Shown here in pieces: positions 48,238-56,475 of a stretch of DNA of 64,000 nt. The DNA is from a virus. Position 1 is the stretch's first letter, and each line of letters opens with the position of its first letter. Made by a program: the position numbers and the translations under genes. Location: the IMG/VR virus record IMGVR_UViG_3300025598_000021; one strand, given 5' to 3'. A model generated the notes under the pieces. That model was not told the origin of the DNA and made no database searches. It worked only from the letters and a program-made list of their open reading frames with translations.

Positions 48238-48852
48238 ATGCCACTAAAACTACTATCACCAGGCGGAGGTTCGGTCACGCTAAACGCTGCGAGCACAGCT
48301 GCGACGACTACTCTTAATATTCCTGCTGTTAACGGAAACATCATCACTTCTGCTGATACTGGTACAGTTGTTCCTACATTATTAGCTAATCCTCTTACAA
48401 CACTTGGTTCTCAAACACTATCAGGAACTTATACAAATTTCACTAATATACCTTCTTGGGTTAGGCGAATTACTATTATGATAAGTTATTTACAAAATAA
48501 TAGCGGATCAGACAAATGTATTCAATTAGGAACATCAAGCGGATTTGTTACTACTGGATATGTTGGCGGAGAGGCTTATACTGGCGGATCAAGTGCCGCT
48601 GGTAACTGGAGTAGTGGAATAGTATTTCCAACAGGTTCTTCTAATGATATTATGCATGGTATAGTTACGATGTGTTTATTAACAGCAAACACTTGGGTAA
48701 TTTCTGGTTGTGGCGCTTATTCTAGTTCTAATAATACTTGGGAACTTGGTGGAACAATAGCACTTTCTTCAACACTAACTCAGTTTAGATTTGGATCCGT
48801 TGCTGGCACTGCGACTTGGACTCAAGGTACAGTCAACGCCTTATATGAATAA
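48238..48852 (+). CDS. Fibre-associated beta protein
   Basis: GGGSVTLNA...FTNIPSWVRRITI...GTVNALYE. Confidence 0.7.
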   Translation: MPLKLLSPGGGSVTLNAASTAATTTLNIPAVNGNIITSADTGTVVPTLLANPLTTLGSQTLSGTYTNFTNIPSWVRRITIMISYLQNNSGSDKCIQLGTSSGFVTTGYVGGEAYTGGSSAAGNWSSGIVFPTGSSNDIMHGIVTMCLLTANTWVISGCGAYSSSNNTWELGGTIALSSTLTQFRFGSVAGTATWTQGTVNALYE

Positions 48853-48861
48853 GGAACATTA

Positions 48862-49920
48862 ATGTCATATCTTAAAGTCGTAAACCTACAGCATCCAACT
48901 AGCGCGAACGTCAATATAACTCTCGACGCTAACAGCAACATGTATGTGAACAACACCGCGATAAACTACTATCAGGGTATGAAGAACCGTATCATCAACG
49001 GTGGTATGCAATTTTGGCAGAGAGGTACGTCTAATACTACAATTGGTAACGTTACAACGTATGTTGCAGACAGATGGTATGGATTTGTTGGAGCGCACGT
49101 CTTTCAACAGCAGATAGTTCAGAGCTCTAGCGTTCCTACTGGGTTTAATTACTCTGCAGCGTTTGGAAGACCATCGGGAAATACTAACGTAAATTCTGTA
49201 TGGTTTGCACAGAATATAGAATCAGTCAATATGATCGATCTGCAGTCTCAGTCTGTCACTCTGTCTTTCTGGGCAAAGACCGGAGCTAATTATTCTGGCG
49301 GCACAATGACAGTTCGCGTTTGTACTGGAACATCTGCAGACGAATCTGCTGCGACATTCAGTGCGGGTCCAGCGTCAGGGTATACTGGAAACGCTTATGT
49401 AGTGAACGCTACGCAGACTCTTACTGCTACTTGGACTAGATACTCATTCACTGGATCTGTAGCGTCTAATGCTCTAGAAATGGCAGTGGCTTTTGGATAT
49501 ACACCGACCGGTACAGCAGGTGCTGATGATAACATCTATATCACAGGAGTCCAACTCGAAGCGGGTTCTGCCGCTACTGCGTTTGAGAGAAGACTATATG
49601 GAACTGAATTAGCGCTGTGTCAGAGATATTATTATACTTCTGGAACATCTACAGCGCCTGGAGTCATGTTTCAAGCGCAAGGCACGACTACTACAGTTTC
49701 TTTTGTTCAGCATCCAGTCAAAATGAGAGTAACTCCAACATTTTCATATTCAGGAACTTGGACATATTCTATCAACGGAAGTGATACTTCAACTTCATCA
49801 GTAACTTCTAGTTCTATTACAGACTTTATTGCACAAATAGAAACAGCAACAAGTGGTTTAACTGTCGGTCAAGCTGGACGAATTAGAGGTGGTATATACA
49901 ACTTTTCAGCAGATTTTTAA
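48862..49920 (+). CDS. Fibre/adhesin paralog of 47130..48227
   Basis: KNRIINGGM..WQRG...VTLSFWAK...GVQLEAGSAATAFERR..ELALCQRY. Confidence 0.75.
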   Translation: MSYLKVVNLQHPTSANVNITLDANSNMYVNNTAINYYQGMKNRIINGGMQFWQRGTSNTTIGNVTTYVADRWYGFVGAHVFQQQIVQSSSVPTGFNYSAAFGRPSGNTNVNSVWFAQNIESVNMIDLQSQSVTLSFWAKTGANYSGGTMTVRVCTGTSADESAATFSAGPASGYTGNAYVVNATQTLTATWTRYSFTGSVASNALEMAVAFGYTPTGTAGADDNIYITGVQLEAGSAATAFERRLYGTELALCQRYYYTSGTSTAPGVMFQAQGTTTTVSFVQHPVKMRVTPTFSYSGTWTYSINGSDTSTSSVTSSSITDFIAQIETATSGLTVGQAGRIRGGIYNFSADF

Positions 49921-49930
49921 GGAATTGGAC

Positions 49931-50191
49931 ATGACATACACTCTTACATCAACATCAATTATTATCAGAGATGCTGATAAATCTTGTATTCCAGCTGATC
50001 CAGGTAACGTGGACTATCAGCAGTACCTAGCTTGGGTCGCAGACGGTAACACGCCAAACCCATACGTCCCTCCACCGCCGCCTCCCGCGTCTCCTCAGCC
50101 GACCATCGCAGAGCTGCAGGCTCAGCTCGCGGCTATAGCGGCTCAGATAGCGGCGCTGGCCAACACCTCGACATCTAACACGGGAAGCTAA
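49931..50191 (+). CDS. Fibre chaperone-like small protein
   Basis: IPADPGNVDYQQYLAWVADGNTP plus a short coiled coil. Confidence 0.7.
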   Translation: MTYTLTSTSIIIRDADKSCIPADPGNVDYQQYLAWVADGNTPNPYVPPPPPPASPQPTIAELQAQLAAIAAQIAALANTSTSNTGS

Positions 50192-51228
50192 TGTCACTAG
50201 AGAACGCACTCGCCAACCTAGCAAACTCTGCTAACGTACTCGCTACGGCGATCACGGTAAACGCTACTGCGATCACATCGATAAACGCTGCAAGTTATAG
50301 TGTCAGTACTAACGTCGTGGCGAACACGTCCGGCATATTCACTATCGGCGTGCCTATCGTATCTGGTAACGGGCTCTACTCTAACTCTACTTTCAATGGC
50401 ACGTATGGTGACGGTATAGTAGTCGACTACGTCACCGGCAATGGAAGAATCTCAGTTGGTGCAGCTGACTCACTGAGCTTCTATACCAACAACGTGGCCG
50501 GTAACCTGATGTTACAGATGAGCGCTACCGGTACTATCGTTAACGGTTCTATAAACGCCGCCTCTCATACGGTAGGAACTTCGTTTACTGCTAATTCTAC
50601 CATGACAAATACGGTGTCACTTGTCGTTTCTACTAACACTGCTACTATTGGAACTGGAACTTATTTTGTATCTAACGGTAACGTCGGTATAGGTAACTCT
50701 GCGCCGACTACTGCCCTGTCGGTGACAGGTGACATCAGCTATTCTGGTAACATAAACTTTCTGACCAACAACAAGTACCTGAACTTCAAGACCACAAACG
50801 GAAACACAGTCAACTTCGTCCAGCAGAACGACGACAACTTCGTCATGTACTCTACAAACACCGTCGGCGGTGCGAGACCAATATGGTCTGTGTACGCTAA
50901 CAGTATAACTTCTAATGTGAACTTTTCTGTGCCAGTAAATATATCAGGAAACATTCTAGGTCTTGGAAGTTCTTCTATAACCGCTAACGGATATACGTAT
51001 CTACCAAATGGATTACTACTTCAGTGGGGATCTGCACCTGCTTCTACTAGTGGTGTCACTTCTAACTTTCCTACACCATTTCCCACTAACGCTTTTGCAA
51101 TTGTGGCAGTAAACAACAATCAGACTAACCCTCCAGCCCCATCTGCAACTATTGTTAGCAGGTCTCAATTTAATCTAATCGTTTCAGCTGGATCGCCACA
51201 GTGTTATTATTTTGCGATAGGTAACTAG
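50191..51228 (+). CDS. Tail fibre with NGY.YLPNGLLLQWG C-terminal tip domain
   Basis: NGYTYLPNGLLLQWG...FPTPFPT...YYFAIGN. Confidence 0.78.
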   Translation: MSLENALANLANSANVLATAITVNATAITSINAASYSVSTNVVANTSGIFTIGVPIVSGNGLYSNSTFNGTYGDGIVVDYVTGNGRISVGAADSLSFYTNNVAGNLMLQMSATGTIVNGSINAASHTVGTSFTANSTMTNTVSLVVSTNTATIGTGTYFVSNGNVGIGNSAPTTALSVTGDISYSGNINFLTNNKYLNFKTTNGNTVNFVQQNDDNFVMYSTNTVGGARPIWSVYANSITSNVNFSVPVNISGNILGLGSSSITANGYTYLPNGLLLQWGSAPASTSGVTSNFPTPFPTNAFAIVAVNNNQTNPPAPSATIVSRSQFNLIVSAGSPQCYYFAIGN

Positions 51229-51255
51229 AGATATAAATATCTAAAAAGGTAATAG

Positions 51256-51597
51256 ATGGCACAGAACCAAAGACTAAGTTCACTCGGTGACGCGTTAAGT
51301 ACTGCGCAGTCTAACGGTCAGCTGTTAGCCGCTAATGGCGCCGGTGGATACTACTGGACCACACCTGGTGGTATACTAACTGTTAATACTACTCCACCCG
51401 CATCTGCTAACAGCGCGGACATGTGGCTGAACCCTTCTGATGGTATACTGTACACTTATATAAATACTGGATCGAGCAGTCAATGGATAGAATATGGTCC
51501 TAATGAGTTATATACTCCGACATACGTAGTCGATGGTGGCGCTGCTAATACGATCTATCAATTAACGCCATTGGTTGGCGGAGGAGCTGCTGGATGA
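51256..51597 (+). CDS. Small fibre adaptor protein
   Basis: MAQNQRL N-terminus; DMWLNPSDGILYTY...QWIE; late promoter at 51232-51239. Confidence 0.65.
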   Translation: MAQNQRLSSLGDALSTAQSNGQLLAANGAGGYYWTTPGGILTVNTTPPASANSADMWLNPSDGILYTYINTGSSSQWIEYGPNELYTPTYVVDGGAANTIYQLTPLVGGGAAG

Positions 51598-51959
51598 CGA
51601 TTCAATATCAATATCGTAGAGACACGTCTGCGAATTGGACTGCAAACAATACTACGCTCGCTGTCGGCGAACCAGGTTATGAGATCGATACAGGTCGTCT
51701 CAAGATCGGCACGGGTTCTACCCCATGGAACTCACTAGCGTATACTTCAGTAAACCCTGCAGGCTCTAACACCAACGTCATATTCAACGGATCCGGATCT
51801 TTCGCAGCTAACGCTTCTTTCAGCTTCAACCAGGCTACGACGACTCTTACGATCGGTAACTCCTCAGTGAACACGTCGATGTCTAATACTGGCATAGCGA
51901 TCAACGGCGTCGCTGTTCCGTCTATAGTCACCATGCTAACGTATAACCTAGCGTTCTAA
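51594..51959 (+). CDS. Small protein with Mtd N-terminal-like domain
   Basis: QYRRDTSANWTANNTTLAVGEPGYEIDTGRLKIGTGSTPWNSLAY. Confidence 0.75.
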   Translation: MTIQYQYRRDTSANWTANNTTLAVGEPGYEIDTGRLKIGTGSTPWNSLAYTSVNPAGSNTNVIFNGSGSFAANASFSFNQATTTLTIGNSSVNTSMSNTGIAINGVAVPSIVTMLTYNLAF

Positions 51960-52612
51960 TGGCAATAAGCTTCCCAACTAGTCCAACAGTAGGTCAGACG
52001 TATACTTATAACAACCGTACATGGATATGGAACGGTTCCGGTTGGGCTATTCAACAGACTACACTGAACGCTATAGAGATCGCCACCGGTCTCGGCTATA
52101 TCCCGTTCTCTGAGAACGGCGGGCGCATCAACACTCTAGGACAGTCCGGTGAGACCGTAATATACGGCAACAACGTCACGACACCAAACCTCTATACGGC
52201 TAATCACTTCTTTGAGTCCACGCAGAACAACTACATACAGTACAATGGTTCTAATGCGTATTCGTTCATAGCCGGCGGTGCGAACGTAGGGTATGCAAAC
52301 AGCAGCTCGTTTAACTTTGGCAACACGGTAAGTAACAACGTCGTCAGTAATACTATAATAGCAAACAGTTATATAATAAGTAACGGCTATATAACAGCTA
52401 ATAGCTATATGTCTGTTGGTAACACGACTGTTAATACTTCAGCAAACGGTCTAATGTTTCACGCGCATATGGGATACACGAACGAGAAGACATTTGGTCT
52501 TGGATCGTACTCCACTAACGCAAGCCTAAATATGGTAATAGTCGGTCCATACACGATCGCGACCGGAAATACTTTTGTAGTAACTACTGGATCTAGAGTA
52601 GTCATAGTCTAA
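51959..52612 (+). CDS. Fibre connector protein
   Basis: MAISFPTSPTVGQTYTYNNRTWIWNGSGW; ends VGPYTIATGNTFVVTTGSRVVIV. Confidence 0.7.
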   Translation: MAISFPTSPTVGQTYTYNNRTWIWNGSGWAIQQTTLNAIEIATGLGYIPFSENGGRINTLGQSGETVIYGNNVTTPNLYTANHFFESTQNNYIQYNGSNAYSFIAGGANVGYANSSSFNFGNTVSNNVVSNTIIANSYIISNGYITANSYMSVGNTTVNTSANGLMFHAHMGYTNEKTFGLGSYSTNASLNMVIVGPYTIATGNTFVVTTGSRVVIV

Positions 52613-52621
52613 GGAATTATT

Positions 52622-53929
52622 ATGAGTACTTTGTCTGTAACAACTATCACTTCAGCAAACGGAACGACCGATCTCACTCTATCTTCTGGCAATACGACCG
52701 CCGGACAGATGGTGGTGTTGTCGAACGGTGCCGGCGTGGTGCTAAAGAGCAACGCGACGTCTACTTCTCTTGGCGTATATTCTAACGGCACCATGACTCT
52801 GACTGGCAATCTAGTAGCCAGTAACATATCGTTTGGCACCAACACGAGCTTCGCGGCCAACGTAGGTATCGGCACGGCAAATCCAGCCGTCACGCTAGAC
52901 ATGAGTGCGAAGACAGACTCGATTCTTCTACCCATCGGTAACACTGCTAACAGAAACATTCTCACGTCCAACGGACAGCTCAGGTTCAACAACGACGTCG
53001 CTAGAAAAGAGTACTGCACTGCGGGTTTTTGGATAAACGAGCAGAACGGATATACGCAGGTCACCGGTAAGACTAGAGTAGCATTTCAGTACACTGGAGC
53101 TCTACAGTCTTGGACTATACCTTCTAACGTCAACTACATCTTCGTGAAGTTGTGGGGTGCAGGCGGTGGTGGTGGCTCATACGGCAGTTGGAGACAGGGT
53201 GCGACCGGCGGCGGTGGTGGATATTCTGAGGGAATAGTTCCGGTGGTCCCCGGTCAGACCCTGTACATTCGCGTCGGTCAGAACGGCTATGCCAGATGGT
53301 CTTCAAATAAAGCGTATCCGGACGGCGGCGCTTCTTCTACTTCTACAGGCGATAACCAGTACTGCGGAGCCGGTGGCGGCTCTACGAGCATCGCGACGCC
53401 AAACGTCAACGCAAATAACTGGTGTATGTACGCCGGAGGCGGTGGCGGTGGCGGATCCGTAAACGGTTGGGGTAGAAATCCTGGTGGCGCCGGCGGCGGT
53501 CTAACAGGTGAAGACGGTTTTACTGAGTTAACGTCCTATACACCATACGCGTACGTAGGCAAGGCAGGAACGCAGTCTGCAGGTGGAGCAGGTGGTACCG
53601 GCGGTACCGCAGTAGGTGGGGCTGGTTCAGCGAACCAAGGTGGTACTACTCAGAACGGTAACAGCTACGGTGGCGGTGGTGGCGGCGGCTACTACGGCGG
53701 TGGGTCTGGATCTTACGCAGGCTCTTCAATGGCTGGCGGCGGAGGTGGATCAGGCTACATTCATCCATCGATCATCAGAGGCGTGACTCTTACTGGCATT
53801 AGAGAATATCCAGCTATGCCTAACGACCCAGACGCTATAGCGTATTCACTTAACGGCATTAATAGGATAGGCGTCGGTGGCGACGAGGGTTCTAACGGCG
53901 GCTATGGTCTAGCCATAGTATACTACTGA
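52622..53929 (+). CDS. Glycine-rich adhesin (polyglycine-sandwich type)
   Basis: VKLWGAGGGGG and many GGGGG runs separated by variable loops. Confidence 0.75.
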   Translation: MSTLSVTTITSANGTTDLTLSSGNTTAGQMVVLSNGAGVVLKSNATSTSLGVYSNGTMTLTGNLVASNISFGTNTSFAANVGIGTANPAVTLDMSAKTDSILLPIGNTANRNILTSNGQLRFNNDVARKEYCTAGFWINEQNGYTQVTGKTRVAFQYTGALQSWTIPSNVNYIFVKLWGAGGGGGSYGSWRQGATGGGGGYSEGIVPVVPGQTLYIRVGQNGYARWSSNKAYPDGGASSTSTGDNQYCGAGGGSTSIATPNVNANNWCMYAGGGGGGGSVNGWGRNPGGAGGGLTGEDGFTELTSYTPYAYVGKAGTQSAGGAGGTGGTAVGGAGSANQGGTTQNGNSYGGGGGGGYYGGGSGSYAGSSMAGGGGGSGYIHPSIIRGVTLTGIREYPAMPNDPDAIAYSLNGINRIGVGGDEGSNGGYGLAIVYY

Positions 53930-53936
53930 GGTTGAG

Positions 53937-54260
53937 ATGAACAGAGATCAAATAACACAAGCTCTAATGTTCTACGCGCCTCAGGCAAAGTGGGAATTCA
54001 CTCCCATGATAGATATGGAGAACGCTGGATACACCAACATCATATGGAAAGATCCTTTCTATAAGAAGCCGACCATGAAAGAGCTTCAGCAGTACTACAG
54101 AGACTCTGTAGAGGCTTATAAGAATCAAGTGCTGTATAAGCTCGAGAGACAACACCACTATCCATCGGTAGAAGAGCAGCTAGACTTTATATATCACAAC
54201 GGTATCGACGCTTGGAAAGAAAGAATCAAAGCAGTTAAAGATAAGTTTCCAAAGAAGTAA
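53937..54260 (+). CDS. Fibre-associated chaperone-like protein
   Basis: YPSVEEQLDFIYHNG...VKDKFPK. Confidence 0.7.
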   Translation: MNRDQITQALMFYAPQAKWEFTPMIDMENAGYTNIIWKDPFYKKPTMKELQQYYRDSVEAYKNQVLYKLERQHHYPSVEEQLDFIYHNGIDAWKERIKAVKDKFPKK

Positions 54261-54273
54261 GCAGGATTAAAGT

Positions 54274-54936
54274 ATGTCTACGTTACAAGTCGCCAATATA
54301 TATTTTGAATCTTCTGGCAACAACAGGATCCAGTATCTTGGATCTAATAACTATTCTTTTTATGCCGGCGGCTTGCCTACACTCACTGTCAACACGTCCA
54401 CAGTACTGTTTACAGCTTCTATGTCGTTTACGAGCATCGGTGCAAACACAGCCAGCGCTAATACGCTTACAGCAAACTCGTTTACCGTCGTGAATAACTA
54501 CTTTGTAGCTAACGGCTGGGTAGGACTAGGCAACTCGACTCCGATAGATAAGTTCTACGTGCAGGGTAACATCGTCGCATCCGGCGACGTGACTACCTCA
54601 TACTCAGACGAGAGACTAAAGACTCTGCTCTATAAGATCGAGCGTCCTCTAGAAAAGATAAATAGTCTAAACGGCTGGGCCTATAGCCCATCTGCTCTAT
54701 CTCTGAAGTTAAATCCTGAACAGAAGAATGAAATAAAACTAGGTGTTATAGCGCAAGAAGTCGAGAGCGTACTGCCTGAGATAGTTTCTATCGCTCCTTT
54801 TGATAGAAACGCTAATGGAGAGTCTGTCTCTGGCGATAAATACCTTACGGTTAGTTATGATAGAATTGTACCTGTTTTAATTGAGGCTATAAAAGAACTG
54901 ACTTCTAGAATAGAGAAATTAGAATCTAGGAGGTAG
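54274..54936 (+). CDS. Short fibre with C-terminal intramolecular chaperone (peptidase S74-like)
   Basis: YSDERLK...GVIAQEVESVLPEIV...YDRIVPVLIEAIKEL. Confidence 0.85.
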   Translation: MSTLQVANIYFESSGNNRIQYLGSNNYSFYAGGLPTLTVNTSTVLFTASMSFTSIGANTASANTLTANSFTVVNNYFVANGWVGLGNSTPIDKFYVQGNIVASGDVTTSYSDERLKTLLYKIERPLEKINSLNGWAYSPSALSLKLNPEQKNEIKLGVIAQEVESVLPEIVSIAPFDRNANGESVSGDKYLTVSYDRIVPVLIEAIKELTSRIEKLESRR

Positions 54937-54938
54937 CT

Positions 54939-55112
54939 ATGGCGTTTAAGATTGGTTCGACTACTATAGTAAATAATAGTATTCAGATACCATGGTCTCA
55001 GATCGATCTTTCGTCGTATGGAAACTATATCAATTCAGTATATTTTACCGGTTCTGATAAGATCATCAACGTTTATAACTCCGGTTCAGTCTTATACATC
55101 ATAAGGACTTAA
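54939..55112 (+). CDS. Short peptide paralog A (57 aa; not in ORF track)
   Basis: AGGAGG SD; MAFKIGSTTIVNNSIQIPWSQIDLSSYGNYINSVYFTGSDKIINVYNSGSVLYIIRT. Confidence 0.8.
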   Translation: MAFKIGSTTIVNNSIQIPWSQIDLSSYGNYINSVYFTGSDKIINVYNSGSVLYIIRT

Positions 55113-55116
55113 TAGA

Positions 55117-55293
55117 ATGGCTTTTAAGATCGGAAGCACTGTCGTTATCGATAATTCCGGAAACGTTCCATGGTCTACTGTAGGATCCATTCCTTCTGGT
55201 ACCGTGATATCTATATCGGCGCCGAGCAGCGGCGGTGGCGTATATAGAGTAAGTGGGTGGGACGGTTACAATCTGACTTTCTATAGATCATAG
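55117..55293 (+). CDS. Short peptide paralog B (58 aa; not in ORF track)
   Basis: AAGGA SD; MAFKIGSTVVIDNSGNVPWSTVGSIPSGTVISISAPSSGGGVYRVSGWDGYNLTFYRS. Confidence 0.8.
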   Translation: MAFKIGSTVVIDNSGNVPWSTVGSIPSGTVISISAPSSGGGVYRVSGWDGYNLTFYRS

Positions 55294-55304
55294 GTCAACA
55301 CACG

Positions 55305-55562
55305 ATGGCGTTAAAAGTAAACACGACTACGGTCTTCAACAACAGCGCAAAGATTCCATACACGCAGGTGAGTGGTTTTCCACAGCTTGTGACTTCTGCT
55401 AGTTCTACTCCTACAGGTGATGGCACTAATCCGATCGGTGGCACAGGCACCTACTGCTACGCTTTCAGCTTCAGTGGTGGATCGCTAGTCGCTACATTTG
55501 ATACTAACTGTGCATGCGTTTGTGCGTGCTGCTGTTGTTGCGCCTGCTGTTGTAACTGTTAG
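55305..55562 (+). CDS. Cys-rich peptide paralog C, putative radical SAM substrate
   Basis: Related N-terminus MALKVNTTTVFNNSAKIPYTQV; C-terminus NCACVCACCCCCACCCNC. Confidence 0.8.
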   Translation: MALKVNTTTVFNNSAKIPYTQVSGFPQLVTSASSTPTGDGTNPIGGTGTYCYAFSFSGGSLVATFDTNCACVCACCCCCACCCNC

Positions 55563-55570
55563 TTAGAGTT

Positions 55571-56458
55571 ATGGCAACTAATTTAAAGATATTCACATAT
55601 GGTTCGAACAATCCATCAATAGCGTCGATTACAGAATCATCTAATGGAAATATTGAAATAAGAATTAAGGCGGTCGATCAGCTATCTTATGACATGCCTA
55701 ATGAAGACGCGTGCAACTATATTTGGAACTTCAATCCAAAAGAATTATTAAAGTCTAAAGACCAATGTCCAAATAAAGCAGGAGTCTTTGATCTAGTAGG
55801 TTTTTCGACCAAAGACATAGTGAAGGGGACACCGATAGTTACTCCTCCGCTAGTCAATAGACTTAAGACGTACTATCAGTCTAACTTTAAAAGACTAGAG
55901 AGTAATGACTTCTTTGGCTCAATAGATATAAATCCTAAACACACAAATATATCTCTGCGCATGCAGGCCAACTGCAAGATAATTTCAAACCTATCATATG
56001 ATACCTTTGATTATGTAAAAGACAATGGTTATACGCAAGCACTTGGCACGTCTATATTAATTACGCCGCCGTCGAATAAGCACCAAGGAAACACCACGCC
56101 AGTGCCACAAGACGTGTATCCTTTTACTCTTTCATACAGTGGTCCTACGCAGATACCACTAAGTGGCGGAATATTTAATATATCATTCGACTTTGATAAT
56201 CATGGAATAAAAGGTAAAGGTGGTAAGAACAAGAATCCAGGTAAAAAACCAGGTCAAGAGTATCATGACTTGTGCGACTACAACGTAGTATATGCCAACG
56301 CTGATAAAGGTAAGATCGATCCTTCTTGTAAGATAATAAATAAAAAAGGAAGTATAAGCTTTGATCCTACTGGGCTGTCAGTAGGAGACACAGTTACGGT
56401 AGATATTGGAGTGCACTGGTTTCTACTATCAATAAGAATACAGTTTCAAATAATATAA
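55571..56458 (+). CDS. Hypothetical protein of the radical SAM cassette (beta-rich C-terminus)
   Basis: 295 aa ORF between the Cys-rich peptide and the radical SAM gene; ISFDPTGLSVGDTVTVDIG. Confidence 0.75.
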   Translation: MATNLKIFTYGSNNPSIASITESSNGNIEIRIKAVDQLSYDMPNEDACNYIWNFNPKELLKSKDQCPNKAGVFDLVGFSTKDIVKGTPIVTPPLVNRLKTYYQSNFKRLESNDFFGSIDINPKHTNISLRMQANCKIISNLSYDTFDYVKDNGYTQALGTSILITPPSNKHQGNTTPVPQDVYPFTLSYSGPTQIPLSGGIFNISFDFDNHGIKGKGGKNKNPGKKPGQEYHDLCDYNVVYANADKGKIDPSCKIINKKGSISFDPTGLSVGDTVTVDIGVHWFLLSIRIQFQII

Positions 56459-56475
56459 ATGATAAGGATTTTATT

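Noticed and set aside
51594-51959. Diversity-generating retroelement suggested by the Mtd-like domain
   Set aside because: Only the N-terminal anchoring domain is present; no reverse transcriptase and no adenine-specific TR/VR pair seen in the window
55508-55560. TG/TGC-rich tract as microsatellite or sequencing artefact
   Set aside because: Mixed synonymous codons, a maintained CX register and a neighbouring rSAM/SPASM gene support real coding
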